The notes: generated by a model not told the origin, from the letters alone. A stretch of 64,000 nt of DNA from Candidatus Bathyarchaeota archaeon (GCA_963806535.1 CAWDYC010000011.1:32001-96000), one strand, 5' to 3'; positions 12,696 through 23,167 are shown, counted from the first letter of the stretch. Made by a program: numbers and translations.

Positions 12696-13952
12696 ATGAG
12701 ACAACTAAAAAATCTAACATCTATAATGCTAATATGTTTAGCTTTTTCAATCATTAGTGGAACTTTAGTTTTGGTTCAAGGATGCGAATCCGCTTCAAAA
12801 CTGGTTTTCACAGCTGGAGCCGCCCAAGTTTTGCAGGTTGGCACTGTTTCAAATCAAATTACCGTTCAGTTGCAAGATGCTTCCAACTATTCGGTTAATG
12901 CCGCTTCAAATATTACCGTAAATTTAGTTACGAACGCATCTTCAAGCGGTCATTTCTATTCCGATAAGAATGGCCTAACTCAAATTTCACAAATAACCAT
13001 TAAACAGGGACAAAACTCCAGCAGCTTCTATTACCAAGACACAGCTGGGGGGCATCCAACTCTCATAGCATCCTCACAATCTTTAACCTCCGCAACAACC
13101 CAATTCACAATAAAATCTGCTGACCCATCTCCAAGTCCATCACCATCGCCTAGCCCCTCACCAAGTCCAACTCCAACAGCTACCTCTTCCCCATCACCAG
13201 ATCCAACTCCGTCAGCAACTTCCTCGCCTTCACCAAGCCCAACCGAATCACCAACTACTTCACCATCTCCAAGTCCAACTCCATCACCTTCGCCATCACC
13301 AAATCCAACTCAGTCGCCTACCACTGCTACTACTTCATCAACTTCAAATCAACCAACATTATCCTCGTACAAGATAACTGTCATAAGCGCTCATGGTTCA
13401 CCAACGGCTTCAGCAAATGTGAAAGCAGGTGACAGCTTCATAGTCCAAGTTTCAACTCCTGATGGCGACTCAACACACAGATGGGTATGCACTGGCTACA
13501 GCATTGACGGTGGAAAAACCGTTACCGGTGCAATTTACACATTCACAAATGTTCAAGCAGCTCACACAATAACTTTCAACTGGCAAGAACAGTATTACCT
13601 AACTGTAACTTCTGACTATGGAATTACGGGCGGAAGCGGATGGTACAATACAGGTTCAACCGCGCACTTCACTGTAACATCGCAAGATACGGCCAAGAAC
13701 GGCACTCAAGTCGCATTCGTTTCATGGAATGGAACGGGTGTAGGCGCATACACAGGCAAAGAAACTTTATCGTCCGTTACCATGAACAACCCAATTAAAG
13801 AAACAGCAAATTGGACAACCGCTTCTACAAGCCTATACACCGTAGCTGAAACAGCCTTGATTCTGTTTTGCTTGCTCCTCGTGATCACACTCTTGTTAGC
13901 AAAACGAAAACAGCGAAAAAAGAAACAAGCAGAAAACAAAGCTAAACTCTAA
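12696..13952 (+). CDS. Membrane-anchored surface protein (Ig-like domain, Pro/Ser/Thr linker, Listeria-Bacteroides-type repeats)
   Basis: Signal peptide, (PS/PT)n linker, QEQYYLTV.S..G...GSGWY repeat, C-terminal TM plus KRKQRKK. Confidence 0.8.
   Translation: MRQLKNLTSIMLICLAFSIISGTLVLVQGCESASKLVFTAGAAQVLQVGTVSNQITVQLQDASNYSVNAASNITVNLVTNASSSGHFYSDKNGLTQISQITIKQGQNSSSFYYQDTAGGHPTLIASSQSLTSATTQFTIKSADPSPSPSPSPSPSPSPTPTATSSPSPDPTPSATSSPSPSPTESPTTSPSPSPTPSPSPSPNPTQSPTTATTSSTSNQPTLSSYKITVISAHGSPTASANVKAGDSFIVQVSTPDGDSTHRWVCTGYSIDGGKTVTGAIYTFTNVQAAHTITFNWQEQYYLTVTSDYGITGGSGWYNTGSTAHFTVTSQDTAKNGTQVAFVSWNGTGVGAYTGKETLSSVTMNNPIKETANWTTASTSLYTVAETALILFCLLLVITLLLAKRKQRKKKQAENKAKL
13122..13330 (+). repeat. 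Low-complexity coding repeat (PSPSPTP linker)
   Basis: Degenerate CCA/TCA/AGT codon runs encoding the Pro-Ser/Thr stalk. Confidence 0.7.
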
Positions 13953-14051
13953 ACAAAACCCTAAAAAAGTAAAACCATTTCCTTTTTTATATTTTCCTTT
14001 CTCAAAACCACATTATAAACCTCTCAATTTAGAGCTTATATATAGATTGCA

Positions 14052-14849
14052 ATGAATATTATTAGAGGCTTATGTTTGGAGAATAGGAACCAAAGCTATT
14101 ATCGAAGATTTGCTAACATAGCCGCATTTATTGCTGTATTAATTGTTAATGGTTTAGCGGGAGCAACATCATTTATTGGTGGACGAAACACAGCTCAAGT
14201 CTCCAACTCGTTTCCAACGTTAATAACGCCGGCAGGTTATGTTTTTTCAATTTGGGGAATAATCTATTTCTTGCTTGGGGTTTTTGTTGTTTATCAAGCG
14301 TTACCAAGCCAAAAAGGCAAGATCTTTCAAAGTAAAATCGGCTGGCTTTTTGTGTTAAGCAGTTTAGCAAATATTGTTTGGCTTTTTCTTTGGCAATTTG
14401 AATTTTTGATTTTCTCTGTAGTGGTGATGTTTTTGCTTTTGGCCTCTTTGATTCTTATTTATATTAGATTGGGAATAGGAAGGAAAAATGCTCCTCCAAG
14501 AGAAAAACTAGCTGTTTATGTTCCATTTAGCGTTTATCTTGGGTGGATTACTATTGCCTCAATTGCCAACGTAGCGACAGCGCTTGTGTCGTTGAATTGG
14601 GGTGGCTTTGGATTAAGTGCGCAGATTTGGGCTGCATTAATCGTTATTCTTGTTCTAATTATTACGACTCTTGTCATTGCAACTCGAAAAGACATCGCTT
14701 ATACACTGGTTATTATATGGGCTTTGGTGGGGATTGGCTTCAACCACACTTCTAATCAAGCAGTATTTTTTCTAACTGAAATTGGTGCCTTAGCTGTTGC
14801 AGTTTTATTATTTGCTTGGATTTTAGCAGCTAAGCTAAGAAAAAAATAG
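14052..14849 (+). CDS. TspO/MBR-like tryptophan-rich membrane protein
   Basis: ITPAGYVFSIWGIIY, NIVWLFLW, PFSVYLGWITIA.IAN motifs. Confidence 0.8.
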   Translation: MNIIRGLCLENRNQSYYRRFANIAAFIAVLIVNGLAGATSFIGGRNTAQVSNSFPTLITPAGYVFSIWGIIYFLLGVFVVYQALPSQKGKIFQSKIGWLFVLSSLANIVWLFLWQFEFLIFSVVVMFLLLASLILIYIRLGIGRKNAPPREKLAVYVPFSVYLGWITIASIANVATALVSLNWGGFGLSAQIWAALIVILVLIITTLVIATRKDIAYTLVIIWALVGIGFNHTSNQAVFFLTEIGALAVAVLLFAWILAAKLRKK

Positions 14850-15034
14850 TTAAATTCATAGAAGACTCGTCGCTGCAAAACTCTCTTAGGTATTCCAATT
14901 AGTATTTTAACAAATGCTGTGTAGCTAAACAAATGCATAATTATAAACAAAAATGTCTTTCATTTATAAACAAAACTCGCTAACACAGCAAAATATTAAA
15001 ACAAATATCAACATATTAACAAAAGGTAATCATA

Positions 15035-15415
15035 ATGGATAAAGACGACGAAATACTTGAAGAACTGAGAAAAATTAGAATTTCACTTGAAAAAGCTCCG
15101 CCGCCCGAACCGCCAAAGGGCTTTGTAAACGAATTCAAAGATTTCTTGTCTAAGTATAAGATTCTTGGTTTAGCTGTTGCTTTTATCTTAGCTGTGTACG
15201 CGGGTCTCTTGATTCTTGCGGTTGTCAAAGACTTCATTATTCCACTTTTGGGCTTGGCGATTCCTGGCTTGTCAGACTTGGCTAGTTATTCAGTTGGAGT
15301 TATGAAGCAGAGTTTTGGTATCGGTGACTTCTTAGTAGCTTTAATTACCTTCATTATAGTTGCTTTGATAATATTTGTTATAGTGAAGGTAGCAAAAAAA
15401 TGGAAAATAGAGTAA
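15035..15415 (+). CDS. mscL: Large-conductance mechanosensitive channel family protein
   Basis: EFKDFL.KY.ILGLAVAFI...D.I.P...G.FL.ALI.F.I. Confidence 0.85.
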   Translation: MDKDDEILEELRKIRISLEKAPPPEPPKGFVNEFKDFLSKYKILGLAVAFILAVYAGLLILAVVKDFIIPLLGLAIPGLSDLASYSVGVMKQSFGIGDFLVALITFIIVALIIFVIVKVAKKWKIE

Positions 15416-15555
15416 ACAAAAATTTCTATTTTCCCCTCTCTATTTTTTTTAAAATTTAATTACTTAATTCTTAACAAAATTTCATGTTCTTTTTTAACTG
15501 CTTAACTTTTATCGATGTATTTTTTCATGCCACTGGACGAGGCAAAAACGAAGTG

Positions 15556-15855
15556 CTAAATGCTGGAAATAATAAAGCGCCACAACAGGTAAACCAAATA
15601 TGTGACTGCTATAGCGGTTAAAGCCACTTCAGAATACAAAACAATTGGGTTTTTTTCTATGCCCAAAAAATATCCCTGCTCAAGTATTCCGCCAAGTACT
15701 GAACTCTGAAGAAACAAAGCAGCGCCCAAGACGCTGATACCCGCACAGTGAAAGATTAGACGAAACCTGAAATTATTTCTAGCTGCGAAGATATGTTTGG
15801 AAAATAAGCCAAATCGTGATGAAACTGAAAATAGACTACCGTTTCTCTTTCGCAA
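15556..15855 (-). CDS. Small two-TM hypothetical protein (paralog of 16027..16290)
   Basis: Shares H..G....G.ALFLQ..V...IL..GYF.GIE.N.I.L.SE.ALT with the upstream ORF. Confidence 0.7.
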   Translation of the reverse strand: MRKRNGSLFSVSSRFGLFSKHIFAARNNFRFRLIFHCAGISVLGAALFLQSSVLGGILEQGYFLGIEKNPIVLYSEVALTAIAVTYLVYLLWRFIISSI

Positions 15856-16026
15856 AAACTAAAGCCTCTCCACAGAAACAGAAAACCAATTCTCTTTTTA
15901 AGTTTTGCGATAGTCAAAATACCCTACATAGCAATCATCCAAGTATTGATAGCCGATCACACAAACCTGTTCAGCTATTTCTCAAAGAAGCTGGGCTTCT
16001 AACCAAAGACAAGTGAAAAAGGTCTT

Positions 16027-16290
16027 TCATTTGCTGCTATTGAAAACAAAACGTATGAACATGTATCCAAAGTATGCGATGGCGACGCCGGTTAAAGCAA
16101 TTTCTGAGTTGAGAATAATTTGGTTGTTCTCTATTCCTCTGAAGTAGCCGTTTTGAAGTATGCTTGTGAATACGGTTGTTTGTAAGAACAATGCGCTGCC
16201 TATACTGCTTAGACCTAAACCATGCATTATTAATCTTAGTTTTGGGTGCATGTTTGGCAGGGTTAGCGTCATGTTTACCACTAAAATCAA
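16027..16290 (-). CDS. Small two-TM hypothetical protein (paralog of 15556..15855)
   Basis: Same motif as the downstream paralog. Confidence 0.7.
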   Translation of the reverse strand: MILVVNMTLTLPNMHPKLRLIMHGLGLSSIGSALFLQTTVFTSILQNGYFRGIENNQIILNSEIALTGVAIAYFGYMFIRFVFNSSK

Positions 16291-16420
16291 CGTGTGTATT
16301 AAGTCTTAATAAATATTATGAATTACGATATACAGCTCTAATCTGTTCAACAACAAATCCTCTTAAACAACACAAACAATCGAGATTTAACTCCTTGTTG
16401 CCAACCTACTTAATCGGGAA

Positions 16421-17172
16421 CTATTTCCATTTCGTCAATATCTCTTCCCTTCGGAAAGTTGCTTTGCTTAAGAAGAAAAGTGCGACATCTGCAACTGCCA
16501 ATCCCACTGAAACACCAACTGCAAGTAAAGTTGAAAGCTGAGCACTCGTCGATGCAAAAATAACAATGAAAACCAATGGCAAAACCACCAAGCCTCCTAA
16601 CTGCTGCGCTGCACGGATGTCATTAACTTTTGAAGACACGATAATGTTGGCTTCTACACTCATTATGCATGATAAGGGCGCAATTACGCCGATGACTAAA
16701 ATCCAATACAGATTAGGTATCACCAGAATTCCTAGTGTTGTGTATGACCAATAATCTATAATTGGAGCAGATATCGCAGCACCTATGAAAGTTACTGCTA
16801 TGCAAGGGATGAACGCTGCTAAACTTTTGCCAAGCAGTAATTCGCCGTCAGTCGTAGGTGTTGCCAATAGAGGTTCGAGGCTTTTCTCTATTTTTTCCCC
16901 CACAAAACTGTAAGAAGCAATAATTGAAGGTAGAATTGATGCGATTAGCACAAAATACATTGTAGCGATATTTACCACTTGATTAGCGGCAACAAGAAGT
17001 TGAGCATGTGGAAGCTTTGCAATTTGCTGAGTTTAGAGGTAAATATGAAAATCACAGGCAAAACTACACCCATTATTATAGGTATGGCAACTAGGGAATA
17101 GAGCACGTACTTGTTTTTCTTGAAAACCGACAGGTCTTTTTGGGTTACTATCCACGATTTCCATAATCTCAT
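16421..17172 (-). CDS. ABC-2 type transporter permease, frameshifted
   Basis: SFVGEK..KSLEPLLATP...ELLLGK; ORFs 16972..17172 and 16421..16978 join. Confidence 0.88.
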
Positions 17173-18098
17173 TTTGGGGAAGCCTCCCGTATCAACTTCA
17201 GATAAACGTCCTCAAGCGTTGAACGTAGCTCTGTAACGTATTGGATGTTGCCGCCTGCCTGCACGATGGCTTTTACAACAGCTGGATTATCCTGTTCAGG
17301 GCTATCAATGTCAAGAATTAACTTGTTATCGCTTGTTTTAACGTTCTTAACTTTGTCTAACTGCTTAACCGCAGCCAAAACCACATCTGTCACGGCTTCC
17401 AAATGAACTATAGTTTTTCGATTGTAGAGGCTGCGCTCCAAGTTTTTCGGTGAATCAACCGCGATCAGCTTGGTTTTTAAGATAGCGATTCGATCACAGA
17501 GCCGCTCTGCCTCATCCAAATTATGGGTATTAAGAAAAATGGTTGTTCTCTCTTTTTTAAGATCCAAAATGAAGTCTCTAACAGTCTTAGCGGCTTCAGG
17601 GTCCAGATTCGCGGTAGGTTCATCTAGAAACAGCACTTGGGGCTCATGAATCAATGCTCTTACGATCGCAATTTTCTGTTTTGTACCTTTGCTGAACGTG
17701 CCAACTGCATCTTCTCGGCGTTCCCAAATGCCCAGAAGCCTTAAAAGACGCTCGATATTTTCGCTTCGTTTCCCATCAGGTACCTCGTAGAGTTTTCCAT
17801 AAAAATCCAAATTTCTATAAGCACTTAAGCTGTCATATAACCCTACGTTTTCAGGTAGGAAACCGACGATTTTTCTGATTTCAAGACAGTCTGCTTCTTT
17901 GTCAACTGAAAATTCGCCGATTCGTGCTTGGCCACCGCTTTTTCCAATTAGGCAGCAGAGCATTCGAACAGTCGTGGTTTTGCCTGCCCCGTTGGGTCCA
18001 AGAAAACCGAAAACCTCTCCCTTTTCTACATGTAGTGTAACGTTGTCTACAGCTGTGAGGTTGCCGAATTTTCGACTTAAGTTTTCGGTGTCAATCAA
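17169..18098 (-). CDS. ABC transporter ATP-binding protein
   Basis: GPNGAGKTT, FSKGTKQK, LFLDEPT, H-loop. Confidence 0.95.
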   Translation of the reverse strand: MIDTENLSRKFGNLTAVDNVTLHVEKGEVFGFLGPNGAGKTTTVRMLCCLIGKSGGQARIGEFSVDKEADCLEIRKIVGFLPENVGLYDSLSAYRNLDFYGKLYEVPDGKRSENIERLLRLLGIWERREDAVGTFSKGTKQKIAIVRALIHEPQVLFLDEPTANLDPEAAKTVRDFILDLKKERTTIFLNTHNLDEAERLCDRIAILKTKLIAVDSPKNLERSLYNRKTIVHLEAVTDVVLAAVKQLDKVKNVKTSDNKLILDIDSPEQDNPAVVKAIVQAGGNIQYVTELRSTLEDVYLKLIREASPK

Positions 18099-18181
18099 GG
18101 TCTCGCTTTCTCACTTTGCTTAATTAATGGTAATCGGATATAAGCGTAAGTATTTAAGCTAGGTGAAACCGCTTTCACTCT

Positions 18182-18694
18182 ATGAAATTAGTAGAATTCC
18201 TCAACCAAGAAGGCACCGCTTTACTATCTGATCCGACAAACCAAGCAATCATAACGCACTTAGTGAATTCAGAATATTCAATATCAGAACTATCATCAAA
18301 GCTTAACGTACCAAACCTGAAACTTTGGAGAAGAATGCAAAAACTTGCCAAAGCTAGTTTAGTTGAAGTGACTAGAACTGAAAAAGTAGGCAACGTCGAA
18401 AAGAAACTGTATCGAGCGACGGCAACTTGGTTTGGCCCCAAACAATTCTTTAATTTCAAACCAAAAGATGCAAATCTTATTGAGGGCTTCGAAATTTACT
18501 CTGAAATTCAACGGGAAATATTGAATAAAATCTTAGCGTACAACGATGTCCCGAAAAATGCTGACCCAGTAGATTTTTCTCTTTACGCACATATGAACGC
18601 ATTTGCCTATGTATTGAGTGAACCTGAGGTTAAAACAAAAATTATTGAGCTTAAGCGGAGACTTGAAAAGTTTAAGGAAGAAAGTGGCACTTAG
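18182..18694 (+). CDS. ArsR-like winged-helix regulator
   Basis: LSDPT...II..L...SISELS..L...KL....LV......EKKLY; divergent from the ABC operon. Confidence 0.75.
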   Translation: MKLVEFLNQEGTALLSDPTNQAIITHLVNSEYSISELSSKLNVPNLKLWRRMQKLAKASLVEVTRTEKVGNVEKKLYRATATWFGPKQFFNFKPKDANLIEGFEIYSEIQREILNKILAYNDVPKNADPVDFSLYAHMNAFAYVLSEPEVKTKIIELKRRLEKFKEESGT

Positions 18695-18702
18695 AACGGT
18701 GA

Positions 18703-18975
18703 CTAGGCTTTTTCGTATTTTGATTCTTCTATGCGTTTTTTCTCCAGTTCTTCCTCGGTTAGTTGGGGCTGGGTGACCTGCTGCTGTTTTTCTTCTGGAG
18801 GCCAAGTGACTGGGTCTTTTGTTGATGAATAGATGTTAATCCAACTGTTTTTCTTGCATGAAGGACATTTGATATAGTGTAAGGGACCGACATGTGGCAT
18901 CAAAACTGCTCCACCTAATCCTTGTTCAAAGACAGCTTGACACTTTTTGCATTTTACCCTTGTCATATGAATCAA
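18703..18975 (-). CDS. Small Zn-ribbon protein
   Basis: CKKC...H...KCPSC. Confidence 0.7.
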   Translation of the reverse strand: MIHMTRVKCKKCQAVFEQGLGGAVLMPHVGPLHYIKCPSCKKNSWINIYSSTKDPVTWPPEEKQQQVTQPQLTEEELEKKRIEESKYEKA

Positions 18976-19066
18976 CTTTAGCTCTTTTGTTGGTATTGGA
19001 TTAAAAGTTTGCTTACCGAAAACTGTTATTACATGTTACATATAGGTAATTGGCATCAAACAAGGG

Positions 19067-19432
19067 TTGAGTTGGATGTTTGAGCATCGCCATGAAAAAC
19101 TTTTACCTAGACATTTGTTCCTTAGGCGTTTAGCCAAATACGCGTTGATTTCACTTAGCATCATTATTGTTTCGCTTGTGTTCGGCATGATTGGTTACCA
19201 CGTGCTTGAAGGCTACTCATGGGTTGACTCTTTCTTGAACGCTGCCATGTTATTGGGTGGCATGGGTCCGGTCGGCATGCTGCAAACGGATGCGGGAAAA
19301 ATATTCGCAGGAATATACGCCCTATACTGTGGATTAGTCGTGTTGGTTGCAATTGCGATTTTTGCTGCTCCAATCTTCCATCGTTTTCTACATCATTTCC
19401 ATTTGGAAGGAGAGCACGGAAAAGATCAATAA
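19067..19432 (+). CDS. Two-TM ion-channel-like (K+ channel pore-like) membrane protein
   Basis: GMIGYH..EG.SW.DSFLNAAMLLGGMGP...T..GKIFAG.YAL. Confidence 0.75.
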   Translation: MSWMFEHRHEKLLPRHLFLRRLAKYALISLSIIIVSLVFGMIGYHVLEGYSWVDSFLNAAMLLGGMGPVGMLQTDAGKIFAGIYALYCGLVVLVAIAIFAAPIFHRFLHHFHLEGEHGKDQ

Positions 19433-19542
19433 TTGAAAAATGAAAGTAACCGGGCAGTTAAATTCAAAAAAAAGCCGCCATTCTCATGAATTACTTTTGA
19501 TTTTTGTTAATGTTTTTTAGAAGCGCTTGTTTGATTTGGGAT

Positions 19543-20782
19543 ATGAGTAATGCAATGATTTGGCGCAGGAACACACTTTCAAACGGTTTAACAGTGCTAC
19601 AATTTCCTAGGCAAGCTGCAAACACAACCCAATTGTCCGTCGCGGTTGAATATGGATCAAATCAAGAACCTGAAGAAATCGCTGGAGTCGCCCATTTCCT
19701 CGAGCATATGCTTGCTGGAGGCTCTGCAAAAAGGATACAATTATCACGGAGCATTGAGAATTCTGGCGGAATTTTAGATTTCTATACAGATCATGAGCAT
19801 ATGATGACTAGAATGGATATTTTACCTGGGAAATTAACCGAAGCTTCTTCTATTATTTCAGAATTGCTTTTTGATAATGATTTTGAGGAAGAAAAATTTA
19901 GGCAAGAACGCAAAATAATCCTCAACGAATTAGCCGAAGCCTTGGATGACCCAACAGAAAGAATTGAAGAATTGCTATTGAAGAATTTGTTTAAGAAACA
20001 CCCTGTGAATCGCCCAGTCGGAGGCTTTCCGAAAAACGTAAAACAATTAACTTTAGAAGAATTGAGTAACGCGCATAAAACCAATTATGTTCCTGCAAAA
20101 CATGATATTGATTTTGACGGGTAATTTCTCTGAGGAAACCACTGAGTTGGTTCTTAAAAACTTTAAGGACAGAAGTTTTGAAGCGTTGCCTCCGAAAAAG
20201 TTGTTTCCTGTTGAAACTGAAAAGCCTGCGCCTCTGGTTGTTGAGAAAAAAGCTGGAATAACTCAAGCCTACCTGAATATGGGTGCGCGAACAGTTTGTT
20301 CAACTCACCCTGATGCGCCTGTTCTGGATTTGATGAGTGCTTTGCTTAGCGGAGGAACCAATTCACGGTTATTTATAGAGCTGCGTGAGAAGAACGCGTT
20401 AACTTATGATGTGAATTCGGATCATAACAAGGGTTTAGATTTCGGTTTTTTCAACATTAACTGCGCCGTGAAGAAAAAGAATTTAGCGAAGGCTAAAGGA
20501 CTAATTCTTAAAGAATTAGCTAAGCTAAGAACTGAAAAGGTTCCTATCGATGAACTTGAAAGAACCAAGAATCTGATAGTGGGTGCTAGTCTTAGAGGTA
20601 TGGATGATCCTCAGGAATGCTCCGAGATTCTTGCTTACATGGAAATGCAATTTAGAAGTGAAAAAGCATTGGTTGACCACATCGCCAAAGTTAAGGCTGT
20701 TTCAAGCGAGGACATAATTGATGTTGCCAATACTTATCTTCAAGAGGATTGTTTATCAACAGTTCTTCTTAAGCCAAAATAA
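19543..20782 (+). CDS. M16 (pitrilysin/insulinase) zinc peptidase, frameshifted near 20095
   Basis: HFLEH (HxxEH), distal E, SRLF.ELREK..L.Y. Confidence 0.92.
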
Positions 20783-20828
20783 TTTTTTGATGAAAATGCT
20801 AAGATTCTAAAAAATTATGTTAGTAGGT

Positions 20829-20952
20829 GCCGTTTGGCAGACATCCTTTTTGCCGATAGGATGCCCAGAAATACACATTTGGGAGCCTAAGCCCCATAGT
20901 GCAAATTAGGGACGGAGCCATATCATGGCAGCAGGTTTGCCTACCAAACGAC
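20829..20952 (-). ncRNA. Candidate structured non-coding RNA (closing helix plus four hairpins)
   Basis: On the minus strand, GUCGUUUGGUAGGC pairs with GUCUGCCAAACGGC (three G-U pairs, which would be A-C on plus) around four hairpins. TATA-like TTAAA upstream (~20985), U-run downstream (20809-20814). GC-richer than flanks. Confidence 0.55.
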
Positions 20953-21091
20953 TCGTTGTGTTCGTCGATAATATCCTACGCATTTAAGAGCAAATAAAAA
21001 TTTGTGGTTGTGCTTTCGCAATCACAAGAGATAATTTTCGGCACGCTTGAAAACTAAGAGCTAAATACATATTGATAGTAATTGATAAGTT

Positions 21092-21481
21092 TTGAGGCGG
21101 AAGAAGTTGGAATTAGAAGAAATGAAAAAGGAAATTGAAGCTCTCGTTATAGCTAAAGGATTCTACAATAAACCCGAAGATATTCCGAAAAAACTGCTTT
21201 TTGCCTTCATCGAACTTGGCGAAGCCAGCGATGCTTGGAAAAAAGGTTTGCCAGAAGAAAAAATAGCAGAAGAACTCATTGACGTCATCTTTTACATTCT
21301 GGATGCAAGCCGCTTAGCCTGCCCACATATGAACATGGATGAAGTATTCAAAAAGAAACTTGAAAAAAACCTTAACCGCCCTTTCCAGTACGGCGAAGGT
21401 CACCGCAATAACACAGCCTTAAGAAAACATCAAGTAACAGCGAAGTTTTTTATGGCACTTGTTTCAAGCATTACTTGTTGA
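21092..21481 (+). CDS. MazG-like nucleotide pyrophosphohydrolase
   Basis: ELGE...EELIDV..Y (ExxE...EExxD). Confidence 0.85.
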   Translation: MRRKKLELEEMKKEIEALVIAKGFYNKPEDIPKKLLFAFIELGEASDAWKKGLPEEKIAEELIDVIFYILDASRLACPHMNMDEVFKKKLEKNLNRPFQYGEGHRNNTALRKHQVTAKFFMALVSSITC

Positions 21482-21972
21482 ACAAAAGTGGATTTCACCT
21501 ATCCAGCTAACCTACGTTTCAGTTGTAATCAATGCGGCATTATGCTGCGGCGACACTGAACAAAAAACAAGACATATCCTTCTTTTAGAAGCCGAAGCAA
21601 AAATTATCGCTTCACAAACTTCTCTGGAAATAACTGATTTTTCAATTCAAATTGCCGACAAAGCTCCTTTTGGGTACGAGATGAAAAAGACAAATGAAGG
21701 CAAATGCGTTTTCCTAAAAGAAAACCAAGTGCACGATTTACCTGATTAGACCATTGATTTGCAGGTTTTATCCTTTTGAACTAAAATTTGATAAAGACAA
21801 ACACCTGCACGTTTTCGATTTTACGCTTGAATGTCCCGGAATAGGTCAAGGCAAAGAATTCAGCAAAATTGATTTTGAAAGATTATTTGATTTGGCACAA
21901 GAAAGGATTGCTTTAGAGTTGTTGGAGAACATCCAGCTGCTCCAAGGTTATGCCGCAGTAATGGCATTTTAG
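21475..21972 (+). CDS. YkgJ-family cysteine-cluster (CxxCxxCC) protein, frameshifted
   Basis: Across frames: F.CNQC..CC, CVFL....C.IY..RPLICRFYPF, ECPG.G. Confidence 0.8.
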
Positions 21973-22377
21973 TAACAATGGTTCTTCATTCTTGACGTAA
22001 AATTTTGAGGCGATGGGTTCGTCGCTGTTACTTATGCAGCATGGATTTACACATTTAATTATGCCTTCAATGGTTTTCGGAAGCTTAACCTCGAGCTTTT
22101 CTTCTACTTTGTAGTTGTGGATAATGTTAATTGATGCATGTGGCGCCACCAGGGCAATTCGGTTAACTTCCTGTGAGTTTAGGGCTCGACCTTCAATCTT
22201 TACGATGTCTTTTACTTTGAAACGTTTACTTGGAACATTAACGGCGATTGTCATGACGCGTTTTTCCTTTCCTGTTATCCCCAAGATTTTAATGACGTCC
22301 AACGCGTATCCGCCTCGTATGTGGTCAATAACTGTGCCGTCTTTGATTTTTGACACCCTGAGGTCCAATTCGCTCAT
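21913..22377 (-). CDS. pyrI: Aspartate carbamoyltransferase regulatory chain
   Basis: IKDGTVIDHI, KDIVKIE, CVNP.CIS, CHYC. Confidence 0.96.
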   Translation of the reverse strand: MSELDLRVSKIKDGTVIDHIRGGYALDVIKILGITGKEKRVMTIAVNVPSKRFKVKDIVKIEGRALNSQEVNRIALVAPHASINIIHNYKVEEKLEVKLPKTIEGIIKCVNPCCISNSDEPIASKFYVKNEEPLLLKCHYCGITLEQLDVLQQL

Positions 22378-22450
22378 ATAAATTTCTTCCTGAACAAAGT
22401 TATTGCATGCGAAACAAATAAGATTTTACATTAAAAAATGGCTAAGATAT

Positions 22451-23167
22451 TTAGTGGGACCGTAAGTCAATGACTGTTGTACCTGCAAACTTGTCAAAGT
22501 ATCTCATGAAGGTTTTGTCTGGGATTCGCCAAATTCCAATGATTAGGTCAAAAGGAAGTAGAGGCAGAATTTTTCCAAAATTCCTAATTGCAGCATGGTC
22601 ATAACTCATTTTTTTGCCATCTGTTCTAACAACCTTAAGTCCTATGACGCGTTTGCCTATACTTTGACCATTAAATCCTTCCAGTAGAGTCGAGTAAAGC
22701 CAAAGGAGCCCTATAGTAGTGAAAAGTACTACGCTGATTCCTCCGTTTAGAATAGCAGTGCGCAATGAAAGGACTTGTGGCACAAAAACAATAGTCATAG
22801 TGATCGCTAGAATTATTGCAAAATCAATTAAGAACGCAGCTACCCTCTTTTTTAAGGAAGAAAGCGGAAGATGGCTTGCTTTTCTTTGCACGTCGGCAAC
22901 TTCAGCCCACCCTTCGATGTCATGAATGACTCTTATGGCGCTTTCACCTGCCCTGCTTAACTTGTATTTGCCCGAAGGGGTTTGTTCTATGAATACATCT
23001 AATGAGCGAAGGTGAAAACTTAACTTTCCAGTATCTACCTTTAGCAGGTTTAGCAGGTCAGTGAAAGTCGACTCGCCTTTTTCGCTGAGGCTGATTAGTA
23101 TTTCCCTTCGCAAAGGATGTGAAAGTATCGAAAGTATCTTGGAGATGTTTTCTTGATTTACTGACAT
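22451..23167 (-). CDS. ArsR/DUF7347-type wHTH fused to an RDD domain
   Basis: LSHPLRREIL...GKLSFHL; KRVAAFLID...GQSIGK..GLKVV...D..AGT.V. Confidence 0.85.
   Translation of the reverse strand: MSVNQENISKILSILSHPLRREILISLSEKGESTFTDLLNLLKVDTGKLSFHLRSLDVFIEQTPSGKYKLSRAGESAIRVIHDIEGWAEVADVQRKASHLPLSSLKKRVAAFLIDFAIILAITMTIVFVPQVLSLRTAILNGGISVVLFTTIGLLWLYSTLLEGFNGQSIGKRVIGLKVVRTDGKKMSYDHAAIRNFGKILPLLPFDLIIGIWRIPDKTFMRYFDKFAGTTVIDLRSH

Noticed and set aside
13122-13330. Mobile or regulatory tandem repeat
   Set aside because: Fully explained as a Pro/Ser/Thr linker with varied synonymous codons.
20829-20952. 5S rRNA, tRNA, or c-di-GMP-I/lysine riboswitch
   Set aside because: Length fits 5S but the conserved CCGAAC loop is missing; no T-loop or CCA; GGCAAACC and CCUAA..UAUGG recall GEMM but the GNRA-capped P2 is absent and no gene lies downstream on that strand.
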